Made by a program: the position numbers and the translations under genes
Shown: positions 53,101 to 64,000 of the stretch, piece after piece
How the letters are laid out: every line of letters begins with the position of its first letter
Numbering within the stretch: the stretch's first letter is position 1
The notes under the pieces: generated by a model
What the model saw: the letters and a program-made list of their open reading frames with translations, nothing else
Database searches by the model: none
Told to the model about the DNA's origin: nothing
Origin: Chrysomallon squamiferum
Lineage: Eukaryota > Animalia > Mollusca
Length of the DNA stretch: 64,000 nucleotides
Assembly: GCA_012295275.1 (NCBI GenBank)
Contig: CM022665.1
Location: 37,944,001-38,008,000, forward strand
Direction of reading: 5' to 3'

Positions 53101-54556
53101 TTTTCCAGTGATATTGGGGTTATGGTTGAACTTCATCCAAGACTTCAACCAGTTTTACTTCACAATTCTCAGCTGGATCAAAGAAAGGTGATTTATACAT
53201 TATCTATTATAGATCACAAATTAAAATACATTATATTAAAAAAACAAAAGAGTTTATAAATTTATTTTAATCATTAAAGAATAACTTATGATTGTAAATA
53301 GCTAATTATCTTAATTATAACTGATACATTTTTAGTGAAGATTGGTAATTAAAAAATAAAGTAATTTTAAGGTGATAAAATAAAACTAATAAAATAGTTT
53401 GTTTTTAATCTTGTATATATTAATATAGAAGTATTCATTTTAACATTACTAATAAAATATTTTATTTCAGTGGTAAATGATTAATTAATGATAAGATTAA
53501 CATAATCCTTTTGTGAGAATATTAAGATTAGCATTTAGCTTCTTTGTTTTCACAGTATTTGATAATAAATTAATGGATTAAAATCGTGGAGCGTGAAATA
53601 ATTGCTATGTACAAAAAATTAGGTTAAGTCTTTAAATTAGAATTAATTTATTACTGAACTTAAATTATTAATAATCAATAATTTGTCAAACTAATTATTA
53701 ATATTAATCTAGATTACTTTATTTTTGTTATGTATTTTATTTTATTGATCAAGGATTAACTTCATAGTATGAAGAAGAAAAAAAATTAATTAAAATTTCT
53801 TTACCCATAAGACCATAATGCCAGATTCCTTTTAATATATATTTTTTTTTATTCCCACAATGAAAAATTGCATCAAAATCAATGATGAATTATTTGTATT
53901 CAAAGATTTTATTTTTATATATAATTTCTGAAATATAAAACGAAGAAAGTGGATACTGAAATATAATCATTTAGGTTTGAATGTTGTCATTATTTTTATT
54001 TTATTTTTTGAAAAATTACAAATAATATTAGATTTCTTAAAACTGCAAAGGAATTACATTTTAAATCAGGTGAAATGACTTAATTTAATGATCATAGATA
54101 TTTTTTAATTCATGTTGTTCGCCTTTATTTCAACTTACTGAGAAGGTGTATCTAATTTCTCTTATCTCATTACTTATATAAAAATTATTATTATTATTAT
54201 AGCTTCTGCTGATACTGTTATTACTGCTGTTGTTACTTCTATGACTATTACAATTTTCATTTTCTTATCACTTGCTGCTGCTATCATCATCTTCTACTTC
54301 TTTATTACTACTACTAATGCTACTACTAGTACCACTGCTACTACTACTTCATCATTATCTTCTTAATATTATTGTCATCATCATTTTGTAATCATTTCAG
54401 GTCAGTCATGCCAGTGCTCTTGGATTAGCTGTTGGTCAAGAAATTAATGTGAAATATTTTGGGCGAGATCCACACAGTGGTCGAATGAGAATCTCCCGGA
54501 AAGTGCTGCAGTCTCCCATAACCAGAATATTCAAAAAAATTGAGGAGAAAGTTTGA
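37517..54556 (+). CDS. PNPT1: Polyribonucleotide nucleotidyltransferase 1, mitochondrial (PNPase), 766 aa, 26 coding exons
   Basis: The 26 GT-AG exons sum to 2301 nt in one frame. Basic N-terminal presequence. RNase PH motifs [107 protein letters not shown] and [12 protein letters not shown] GxxG loop (FVGVGGYNL) and an S1 domain. Confidence 0.97.
38191..38251 (+). CDS. PNPT1: PNPT1 exon 2
   Basis: [20 protein letters not shown]. Confidence 0.95.
38452..42296 (+). mobile_element. Decayed DNA transposon (DDE transposase with CxxH motif, hAT-like) in PNPT1 intron 2; ends approximate
   Basis: Non-intron-like composition and fragmented + strand ORFs with transposase motifs. No clean TIR/TSD pair was found. 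Confidence 0.7.
39572..41576 (+). pseudogene. Transposase remnant with stops and frameshifts
   Basis: [15 protein letters not shown] (~39700), M*DRAADMKS* (39923), [12 protein letters not shown] (~40010), [16 protein letters not shown] (~40735) and C-terminal [13 protein letters not shown]...VNFMER...YIWPQIED (~41435-41570). Confidence 0.75.
42630..42704 (+). CDS. PNPT1: PNPT1 exon 3
   Basis: [25 protein letters not shown]. Confidence 0.95.
42697..42781 (+). repeat. 43-bp tandem duplication spanning the exon 3 splice donor
   Basis: cacttacagta(c/t)gtattatattgattaaatacatctttttaa at 42697 and 42740. Confidence 0.93.
42951..43056 (+). CDS. PNPT1: PNPT1 exon 4
   Basis: [35 protein letters not shown]. 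Confidence 0.95.
43213..43287 (+). repeat. 38-bp-period tandem duplication in PNPT1 intron 4
   Basis: taattaacataatttgtttagatttttctcccagttg at 43213 and 43251. Confidence 0.93.
43508..43557 (+). CDS. PNPT1: PNPT1 exon 5
   Basis: (D)[16 protein letters not shown]. Confidence 0.95.
43713..43776 (+). CDS. PNPT1: PNPT1 exon 6
   Basis: [21 protein letters not shown]. Confidence 0.95.
43906..43953 (+). CDS. PNPT1: PNPT1 exon 7
   Basis: (A)[15 protein letters not shown]. Confidence 0.95.
   Translation, partial: HQQLLQFLIFLGMDL
44366..44479 (+). CDS. PNPT1: PNPT1 exon 8
   Basis: (G)[37 protein letters not shown]. Confidence 0.95.
44681..45215. mobile_element. Probable Tc1/mariner (Tigger/pogo-like) MITE in PNPT1 intron 8
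   Basis: Begins cagtataccctcacctgttcgcgg and ends ccccgctaatagcgaaatactg followed by TA. The TIRs are degenerate. Confidence 0.45.
45722..45908 (+). CDS. PNPT1: PNPT1 exon 9
   Basis: (V)[26 protein letters not shown]...LLDAVR. Confidence 0.95.
46049..46469. mobile_element. Tc1/mariner-type MITE in PNPT1 intron 9
   Basis: TA-gagttaaacttggataactc ... gacttattgaagtttgactc-TA: imperfect ~20-bp TIRs with a TA TSD. Confidence 0.7.
46596..46647 (+). CDS. PNPT1: PNPT1 exon 10
   Basis: [17 protein letters not shown]. Confidence 0.93.
46830..46887 (+). CDS. PNPT1: PNPT1 exon 11
   Basis: [19 protein letters not shown]. Confidence 0.93.
46916..47207. mobile_element. Tigger-type MITE resembling Tigger4/MER46 in PNPT1 intron 11
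   Basis: TA-caagttgagcatccattat ... ataaaggattctcaacct-TA. The 3' end ttctggtcccaaccatttcaaataaaggattctcaacct resembles the Tigger4 terminus as I recall it. Confidence 0.75.
47451..47547 (+). CDS. PNPT1: PNPT1 exon 12
   Basis: (E)[31 protein letters not shown]. Confidence 0.93.
47869..47971 (+). CDS. PNPT1: PNPT1 exon 13
   Basis: (R)[34 protein letters not shown]. Confidence 0.97.
48096..48166 (+). CDS. PNPT1: PNPT1 exon 14
   Basis: [23 protein letters not shown](G). Confidence 0.93.
48694..48730 (+). CDS. PNPT1: PNPT1 exon 15
   Basis: [12 protein letters not shown]. Confidence 0.93.
49028..49094 (+). CDS. PNPT1: PNPT1 exon 16
   Basis: [22 protein letters not shown]. Confidence 0.96.
49295..49384 (+). 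CDS. PNPT1: PNPT1 exon 17
   Basis: (G)[29 protein letters not shown]. Confidence 0.96.
49572..49732 (+). CDS. PNPT1: PNPT1 exon 18
   Basis: (G)[33 protein letters not shown]...YKLMTDIL. Confidence 0.97.
50116..50187 (+). CDS. PNPT1: PNPT1 exon 19
   Basis: [24 protein letters not shown] (catalytic Asp motif). Confidence 0.97.
50701..50764 (+). CDS. PNPT1: PNPT1 exon 20
   Basis: [21 protein letters not shown]. Confidence 0.95.
50920..51003 (+). CDS. PNPT1: PNPT1 exon 21
   Basis: (D)[27 protein letters not shown]. Confidence 0.95.
51467..51550 (+). CDS. PNPT1: PNPT1 exon 22
   Basis: (E)[27 protein letters not shown] (KH domain). Confidence 0.95.
51879..51985 (+). CDS. PNPT1: PNPT1 exon 23
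   Basis: (G)[35 protein letters not shown]. Confidence 0.95.
52665..52720 (+). CDS. PNPT1: PNPT1 exon 24
   Basis: [18 protein letters not shown](R) (S1 domain start). Confidence 0.95.
53109..53187 (+). CDS. PNPT1: PNPT1 exon 25
   Basis: [26 protein letters not shown]. Confidence 0.95.
54401..54556 (+). CDS. PNPT1: PNPT1 exon 26 (terminal)
   Basis: [51 protein letters not shown]. Confidence 0.95.
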   Translation, partial: VSHASALGLAVGQEINVKYFGRDPHSGRMRISRKVLQSPITRIFKKIEEKV

Positions 54557-54681
54557 TAGAAAGTGAAAAAAAAAAAAAATTGATTCCATATAGTTAATTT
54601 GGTGCCTGAATTTGTTTGTTTTTTATTTTTTTATTTTTTTTTTTTTTTAATTAAAATGGACAAACACTGCTGGTGAGTGAA

Positions 54682-54707
54682 AATAAAACCAAATGTATTA
54701 AAATAAA
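54682..54707 (+). terminator. Candidate PNPT1 polyadenylation signals
   Basis: AATAAA at 54682 and 54702, followed by GT-rich sequence. The hexamer is common in AT-rich DNA, so this is weak evidence. Confidence 0.4.
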
Positions 54708-57700
54708 TACTAAATATAAGCTGTGATGTACTGAGTGTTGTAATTTTATACCCTGAACTGATATTAGAAATTGTAGTCAGAATGCTATGTTATGCTTGAA
54801 ATGATTTTACTGCTATATTGAAACTATATAGAAATAGAAATAATAGAAATCTTGAATTAAACCAATATATTGACATAATATAATAACCTTTTTATCATAT
54901 TTTGATAATTTCAGGTTATTAATTAATTATGTAAGTTAATCACGAATTAAAGTTTAACTGTAGAAATATTTAAAACATAAAAAATGTTGAAAATGTGGTT
55001 CATAATTTTTTTTTTTGGTATAGTTGAACCTGTTTTAATGGTCACTCAGCCACTAATAGCGCCAGTGTATTTTACCCAGTTAAAAGTGTTCATTATTATC
55101 TTTTGTCTTCAGAATCTTGCCAGTTCAGTCAGTAGCCACTGGATTTTATCAAAAATTACTGTAATGGCTGCAAGATATTTGTTGACCTACAGTTTTTATG
55201 GTTTTTTTCATTAGTTCATTTAAGAAAGATGTGATATTATTAAATCACCATTGCATTTAGTGTTTTACGTAAAAAATATTTAAAGAAACAAGCCAGTTCA
55301 TGTTTGAGAATAACAGTATGATTTGATTAAGAAGAATAAAAATATATCTAAAAATAAATATTGATACAAACACAAATCAAATGCAAGTGAATTCTGTGCA
55401 TCCATTCTGTTTTTGCCACCCATTGATTTTTTTTTTCCTTCATTATAATGAAGCTCATTTAATCTTGAAAGTTATAGATATCCATAGTCATAAGGGACTC
55501 AGCCATTATATTGAATAATTTAATAATAAAGTCTGTCAGTTGTTTGTTTTCAGATGACATCAATCATTTTATTTGTTCTAGACACTGTATCCAAATTCGC
55601 CATTTTTCTTCCCTAACAATAACACAAGCCATGTTTAAATATACTGAGCACAACTGTGGTATTATTTTGAAATGGAAATGATAAAATATATGCAACTTTA
55701 TTAAATGACTTAACTTTCAGTGTGATATTTATGGTTGAAGGAATTTATTATGCTAACTGTTATAACCAAGGAAACAAAACGGCTTTATGAACTGCACATT
55801 GGGATAGCTGTTGCAGACTGGTAATCAGTTAAAACAGTTGTAACATACACAGTCTTAGTTTTATTTGATTCATCCTCTCTGAATGACTCATGATGATGAT
55901 CATCTGCTACTAGCAAAAATACTGGTTGGCCTAGATAATGACTCTTTTTTTTTTTTTTTTTTTTTTTTATCAGTTTAACAAGTATTTTATGACATTCATT
56001 TATTTACTTGGTTATAATAACCACCAATTCGTCTGAATGTACATTATATACAGGTTCTACTGTATAATAAATATTTAGACGGTGAAAAAATTAATATTTA
56101 AATGTAAAATTGCTATTCAGCAGAAAAAAGTATTAAGCACTAGAAAAATAAATATTACTTGTGTCAAGTGTTAAATTACAATACTGAGTTTGTTTTATTC
56201 TTAATATTTTCATTTTTATAGTGCTTCATCAGTTAATGTACAAGTAATTTTGTATATGATAAAATAGCTTGTCACTACCGCCTTCATATGTTAGAATCGG
56301 TGTTTGGTTATGTATGAGAAATAAAATCACTGGTAGAATTTGGGAGACTGAATGATGGAATATCTAACGTAATGATAGGCAAAAAGTTAAGTAAAAATTT
56401 CAATATACATGTATATTCTGTTTTATCAAAATGGTATGAGTTTTAATTTGGCAAGAACTGTATATCCAGAGTATTAAAATAAATAATCAAATTTAAATTG
56501 TGTTGTTCCGATCATTTCGATAAAGCATATGATTGAAATTTTTAGTTAGTAAAGGTTCGTCTGCTTGCCTTTAGTGACGTCATGTTAACTTAGTATTTTG
56601 ATTGGCAACGTCAGGTCGCTCGCACTTCTAATAATGTTAAAAGCCAGTCGGTGACATTTGGGAGAAAATGGACTACGTAAGAGCCGCTGACGCTTTGAAA
56701 TTCTTATTGGATCTATGTCATGACCAAATTTAGAAGGAATCGAATAGTAACAAACGGGTTGTGGGTCCGTCGGAAGCAAGAACGAATTAGCCGGGCCAAT
56801 TTGTGGTTCATTCACACGGAATACCTTGCATCTTTTCATTAATGTCATGACAAAGTGGTTGTCGTTTGGGAACAGTTTCCCCGTTTTTCGGAATAGGTTT
56901 ACTCTTGCAATTTCCGAAATGTTTGTATAAGAAACCATTTAAATTCACAAACTCTTCAACAACAATTTCAAACTTTTATAATATAAAAAAAAAAAAAAAA
57001 CACTTTTATTACAGTTATGTACTGTAAACTATAAAAATTAAAAATTAAAAACGATTACAAATCTATTTTTCAGTATCTACCTGAATGCTGTTACAGTTAT
57101 AAATATACTTCAATGAAACATTTAAGTATAGTTATGTTGTTGTTATCTCGAACAAAAAAGAAGAGATGTAACAAAAGCCCGTTTTGAAAAATAACTGATT
57201 ACATTATTTCAGTTTCTTTAACCACGAGAGCAATTTATTATAAGATTTAATCATTTTGGGACCAAGATATTTATGTCGTATTCTCAGAAGATTTTAACGT
57301 AGTTATTCCAGTAGCCAACGCAACATGATACACCAAGAGAAATCATTTTAAGAAGCTGAAATAGTGATTTGATGAAATTCGCCGCCAAGAGGACCCATTT
57401 GTTATTATTTAGATTTGATACAAATAGGACTTCTGATTCTCTTTATGCATGGAGTAACTGGAATAACACAGTTCGGCCAGCCGTTAAGCTTACGGGAATA
57501 TAACAGGATAATATGTCAAACACCTATAAAAGTCGCTGAAACGATTCGTTGAAACGACTGAAACATTATATTTAAGTGCTTATCTTTCAGTACGTTCAAA
57601 CCTTAACTCTGTTTTTGTGTAGTATAATAGTGAAAGCCTTTTGATTAATTAGATTTTGTAGTCATTCTCTTTCTCTCTTTCACTCTCATATTCTTTCTTT

Positions 57701-60700
57701 TTGTTTCTCTCCTGTTTCATATTTTTTATGTCCATCATCCTCTATGCCCCTTTCTTTCTCTCTATCCTTTCCATCCTCTCTCTCTGCCTTCTTTCCTTCA
57801 TCCTCTGGCTCACATTTCAGACGCTGTTCGCGGCTTTATAAATTTGATGACACGGTCTCTTTAAAATTAATCGCTATTACGCAGAGTCATTATGTAAATC
57901 ATGCTCACCAATTGCAGTGTTCATGTTCAGACAATTGTCTTTCCGTGAGGAAGACCACGTGTTACGCGCTGACTACCAGATGATTGCGTTACGCTGATTC
58001 TGTTAGGTAATCAAGGAGAAGCTGTAGAGTGTGATGACAGGAAAATCCCGGGATTTTTGCACGATGAGTGAAACCCTGATTCATAATCAGTTATGTGAGA
58101 AAGGCATTAGGCTGCCACATTACCCGACGTTTCTTTGTTAGGCTGTTGAATATGCTGTCGTGCTTTGCGCGTATTTCTTTTTACGTAAAAAAAAAAAAAA
58201 AGAAAAGAAAAAGGGGAAAAAAAAAATGGTTGTCGTTGCTTCAGGCATATCATGGTAATGGGTGAAAAGAAGATTTCAAATTTTTTTTTAGAGACCATGT
58301 GCTGTGAAAAATTGCATTAAATTCATGCACTCCATTAGTCATTAGTTGTATTCAAACTTTTTTTTTTTTTTTTTTTAAGTAACAAATTTTTAGATGCATT
58401 AGAAAATTATTTCAATGGAAATGTCTTCCCGGGTCTTGCTTTATACTGAACCATTAGGATTTCATTGTAAATGTTGCTTTCTGTGTCAGCATCCGTGCAT
58501 TCATATAAAATAATATTTATTATATAAAAACAAAAACATAATATATGATATGATATAATGTAATACAATATAATATAATAATTATAGATATAATACATTA
58601 ACGAAGGGAAATATAAATGTAATCTATGATTGATATCATATGATATACTTGAGAACCACACGTTATGTGGGCAGTTCTCTTCGACTGGTGGTAATGTAGG
58701 CTATATTTACCAGATAATCCTTTCCATACTTCCACCAAATGTGGAGCACTTTCTGTAACAAGAAATAACCTAAACAAGACGTAAGCTAGGCGAACACTTT
58801 CACAATAGGTTACCTATTTTCCCGATGATTTATTCTTAATCCCCCCCCTTTTTAAAAAAATGAATCATTTAAAACTGATATTTTTAACGGGGGGCAATAT
58901 AATTATTAACTATAAAAAGTCCTGTTCAAGTATTCCAAAAGCAAAACTTGCAAGTTCTTTTCTTTCTTGTCTTTACTTGTTTTTATTTTCTTCTTTCTAT
59001 TTTTTTTTTTTTTTTTTTTTTTTCAAAAACGATTCTGAAATCCTTGGTCTTGATCCAGAGATGATCAGAATATTACTACTGCAGGCACTGCTCTTAATTA
59101 TAACTGTGGTCACCGAGCTTGTGACACGACCGTCAATACAATTACCCTTTCTCCTTTCTCAAGAAACACTGGTGCGCGCATGAAGTGTGGAGGAGATTAA
59201 GAGGGACTAACTTGACATGTCATTTTATTTGGCGGGTAATTATCGAAAAATAAATACGATGGTCTTCTGCTAGCGTCTGTTTTAAGTGTGAAAGTCAACG
59301 TCGTTGACATAAAGTCATTATGTGGCACGTGTTTGGATTTATTTTTGCAAAAAATTAGCATATTCTTGCTATAAAGGATGGAGAAATTTCTTTGTTAAAC
59401 CTTTAACAGAGGTTCAGCAAAGTAATTATTATACGAAAATTTAATGTCTTCATTCTCAAATCGAGAACGTTTTATTAAATAAATAAAAAAAAAAAAACTT
59501 GAGAGAGAAACAAAAAACTCAAAGCCATTTGAATTCTGTACAAAATCATATATAAAAATATAAATATATATATATTATAAGAATACAAGCCCACTGGGGA
59601 GGCAATGAATTTGCTAAGTGAGGGAGGGTCCTCGTGCACCCATTTGGAACATTTTAAACGTAAATATTGAGGGGAGAAAGAAGATTTTAATGGATTTTGG
59701 ACACTATAAATAATATTTGATAATGATAAAATATGTTGCTATTTTATATAAATTAAGTACGACGTAAAAACGTTAGCTACCAATGACTATTCAGCAATTC
59801 ACGACAGGTGTGTCGGATAGGAATATTAATTATGTAGATCAATATACAAATCTAAAATTAATCTACTCGTATAACGACAAAACTGATTTGGACCCAGACC
59901 TTTCCGAATACAAATACATTTTTCTAAAGTGGTACATTTTTTTGGAAGGCGATATCACCCCAATTCCAGCGGCCATGATATATATGGATACGTTTGGATA
60001 GTTTTGAGTAAGTACAAGAAATGCAAAGGGTCTTTGGTATAAAAGGTATTTTTGGTGTTATAAATTCTTGTTTCTAAATAATTATAAGAAATTCTAATTT
60101 ATTGCATACACGCGGACAGGAAAACAATATGGTCCACATAAGAAGAAAGAAAAATAAATTTAAAAATAAATAAATAAATAAATAAAATCATGTCTAGATG
60201 TATCAGTTGAAGACAGGAAGTCTGAGGTCGCCCCTGATTATAGTTCTCTTCTGCACTTAGACCTGATTAATGGCTGCTTAGTCTATTGCTTAGATACAGT
60301 CGTGTATTACCCTGCACATATAAATGTGAATTCAACAAACAATTTTGACTATGGATGTTAAAAAGCTGTACCATGGGATTTTATAGTAATTGATTACAAA
60401 CGTCATTGTTCTTTCTGAGTACAAATCTGTTTACTGGCGTGGGCATTGTATCTCTTTTCCTTGGTTTATGATTTAGATCGTTATCGCTGGAGATGTGACG
60501 TTGTTAATATTGTTGTCTCCGCTGTCTTCGCCACGATTGTGTAACATAATATTTTAATGGTAGTGTTTCCTGCAGACATGACAAGTCGCGGGTCAGGGGA
60601 ACGTTTGTGAGAAATATCGTAAGAAAGAAACGCTGCTTTCTAATAACATGCAATTGATCAAATCACAGCAAATAAAAATAATGGCGTCAAAGCTTAAGTT

Positions 60701-60838
60701 ATTAAATTTTATTCTGGATACATGTAGCGAATACTGGGTCATGGATTCACATCGACTGCTTAAATGAAGACATCAAAGATGATGTTTTATCGTTATATTA
60801 TTATATTGTTAATTAATTCAAAGCCTATAGGTGCATTA

Positions 60839-60945
<107 letters not shown>

Positions 60946-61146
60946 ACTAATTCCAGTAACGTAGTGGTCGAATACCTCTCCGTTCATTTGTGAATAGAAT
61001 CCACTACGTCTTTGTCACAGAAATTGAATAATAACATATAAGGTTTATGTCACCCACATAATCACCTCTGATAAAGTACTGTTGAAATGGATATTGGTTT
61101 TATTGTATATAATGCCATACTTAGGACAGAGTAATAATTATTTTTA

Positions 61147-61149
<3 letters not shown>

Positions 61150-61240
<91 letters not shown>
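61150..61240. repeat. (GT)n-(GA)n microsatellite
   Basis: Directly visible. Confidence 0.96.
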
Positions 61241-61243
<3 letters not shown>

Positions 61244-62028
61244 TGTGTGTATGTGTCTAATAATATTTTTTTTTTTTTTTAATCTACTGTTCTTAACGGT
61301 TACACCATGTGCTTTCTCCCGAAAATTATAAATGTACTTTTACAATATTAATGATTTTTTACGTGTTCTGGCGGGAATAATAACAAGATCAGACAGGGCA
61401 CATTGAAATAATACTACGTAACGTACAGGAATAGGGTTATCAAAACTCGCTATATATACAGCCTCTCTCTTGCTCTATCTGTACATAAATCTCTCTCTAC
61501 TTTTTATTTTTCGCGGACACAAACTACATATTCATTTTTGCTCTATTTCTAAATATATCAAATAGGTAGTTACAACAACATACTTTTGTATTCGTATCAA
61601 TAAAGGATTTTTTTTTTTTTTTTTTTTTTTTCAGATGTATCCTCTTGAGTTCAGGACAATACTGTATAATCAAATCGCTGAGAAACTCATTACAGCTGTT
61701 GAAATGAGAGTCTGAAAGGTTTTACCACCAGTGAGTTAATAACTAAACTAAACGTAATCGGAACGAACGAAGAAAGAATATTTCAGGCAAAGACGCAAAG
61801 TTTAGTAAAAAGGATTTTTTGGTAAAATATGTGTCATGTTTAGCACACATTTTAGTATAAAACAATACCATTGAACATTATACTACTGAAAAAAAAAATA
61901 GACCATACATGTGATATCGTTATTACTACTAATACTATTGGCTGTTGTAGCAGTAGCAGTGGAAACAGTAGTATTTGTAGTAGAAGCAGCAGTGGTAATG
62001 CAGTTAAAATGCTTTCTGAACGCCAAAA

Positions 62029-62060
<32 letters not shown>

Positions 62061-62251
62061 TCACACACTCACACACACACGTTAACTGTTGAATTAAATT
62101 CTTATTTCTTTGATAATAATAATTGTAAAAAATAAAAATAATAATAATAAATAATAATAAATAAAAAAGTAATATAATCAATAAAAATATGCATTATAAA
62201 TAAAAAAGTAATATAATCAGTAAAAAACCAGCATTATAAATTTAATATTAA

Positions 62252-62282
<31 letters not shown>

Positions 62283-64000
62283 ATTATAATAAAACAAAAA
62301 GCTTGAGACGGTTATTGTTTTAAACTGAAAATGTTCCATTACGAATTAAATCAAGAAATACATTATTTATCTGGTGCTTTTCTCCTCTGAACAAAACACT
62401 ATTTATAAGTATTTAATTTAGTACAACACAAAAAACATCAATTATTTAAAACACAGATGTGCGTGCGGGTGTAATGCGAAAACCGGTACAACGAACCGGA
62501 CTGGTGATTTTATTTTCTGGACGGAACCAGTAATTTGATCGATGAAAGAAACAACTTCATTTTGGCTAGTTTAGTGTGAACCGCGCCGTGTACTTCATCA
62601 ACAAGATTAAAGGGCTGGTTTCTATAAATGACAGCTAATGAAAAACTTTCGAGAATCGTGTTATAAAAGTTGCTGATAGGAGTTTGAACTTCTTAGTTTT
62701 GAATTATTTAAATAGTGGCAGCAATTTTTTCTTTTTCTTTATTTTTTCTTTATTTTTTTTTAAATAGGATTCGTTTTTTGATATTTAAAAGATCAAACAA
62801 TGGGATGGTTTTAAATTTTTAAATAGCCGCCGTAGCTTGTTCAGTATCAATATGCAGGTCAGAGTGTATGAATTAGAATAAAAAAAATGGTTTTTGCTTT
62901 CGTGAGTGAAATGATAAAAAAAATATATTAAAAAAAAGGTTTCTTTAATGTTGTTTTATCTCCTTTGAGTAATTTAATATTTGTTTTACTAGCGTAATTA
63001 AAATAACGAATAAGGAAAGAGTTAAAACATTTTTTTTTTTTTAAAAGGAAAAATTTTAAGACGAAAGTCAAAAAATAACTGGAGCTGTGCCATAATTATC
63101 TGTGTTTCCACAATCAACAGATGTAATAATAAAAAAAAATATAGTAAAATAAAAAAAAAAAAAAAAAATTATATAGCTGTTTTGCAATAAGAACTGAGGA
63201 TGCGAAAGAAGAAGAGAGGGGGAGTAAAGACTGAAAGAGCAATATGAAAAAAACACCAAAAAAAACAAGAAGAATGAAATCAAAGAAAGCATGACAAAAT
63301 GAATCTAAGAAGATCAAAGGGAGGCAATTACGCATCAAAAACAGCAGAATAAGCAGATTCTTAATTCTTGTAAATATTATTTGAAAGCTGAAATTTTCGA
63401 AAAGAAACTACCAGCCATTCTGCAGGTTACCCTTCTTACCCAGACGATTAAATTAACCACAAATTAAGATTTAGAGAGTGTTTAGCAACTTGTCTTAGTG
63501 TGGTCTTAAGAATTTGGGTGTTCACAATTTATTATTCTAGTAAATGGTTACTTACAGCTTCTAATATTCTTTAATTTATGCGATCTTGAATATAAAAAAA
63601 AAAAAAAAAAAAAAAAAAATGTCTAAAGAAATAAAAACAACCTACAAATAATAAAAACCAAAATAATGACAACTGCATCTTTAAGAGCGTCTTTCCTGTA
63701 CGTGAACCATATTGATGAAAGATTGATCAACAAGTCAACATCAAAAGGTTCTTAGAGACCGAAAGATCAATAGAATCATTGTAACAACACGATACGCAGC
63801 TTTACCTGTCTAATTATCAAACACTGAATTATGTGATGTTAGTCAGGAATTATTTAACCCACTGTTAATATGAATGTTTTTATTGCTGCTGCGGTATTGT
63901 TAATATTTAATAACAGCTGCTATTACTATTACAATTACTTTCACTATTACGACTATTATTATAATAATTACTATTACTGTTACAACTACTTTCACTATTA

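Noticed and set aside
56585-56938. 117-aa minus-strand ORF in a CpG-richer patch
   Set aside because: No domain or codon-level support is visible; it may be regulatory DNA but cannot be called.
59586-59978. Possible degenerate MITE (caagcccactgg ... ccagcggccatg)
   Set aside because: Only ~9/12 terminal complementarity and no TSD.

Overview
AT-rich, microsatellite-dense eukaryotic (animal, probably mollusc-like; inference only) genomic DNA. Almost all ORF-track entries are simple-repeat artefacts; the real genes are spliced. Two + strand genes were reconstructed by hand from GT-AG boundaries and frame continuity. (1) An unrecognised 7-coding-exon gene, CDS 21967-34058, 469 aa. It encodes a long coiled-coil protein with an S/R-rich tail ending in a CaaX box (SGACVIM). 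A possible upstream first exon would add a basic NLS-like cluster. (2) A complete 26-exon PNPT1 (mitochondrial polynucleotide phosphorylase), CDS 37517-54556, 766 aa. PNPT1 intron 2 holds a ~3.8 kb decayed DDE/CxxH (hAT-like) transposon, and other introns hold Tc1/mariner-type MITEs, one resembling mammalian Tigger4/MER46. Also present are hAT-type MITEs, a 70-bp near-perfect palindrome, a tandem duplication of a PNPT1 splice donor, and a possible first exon of a minus-strand gene leaving the left edge. I see no CRISPR, rRNA or tRNA genes and no clear multi-gene novel system. The best novelty candidate is the orphan coiled-coil/CaaX protein.
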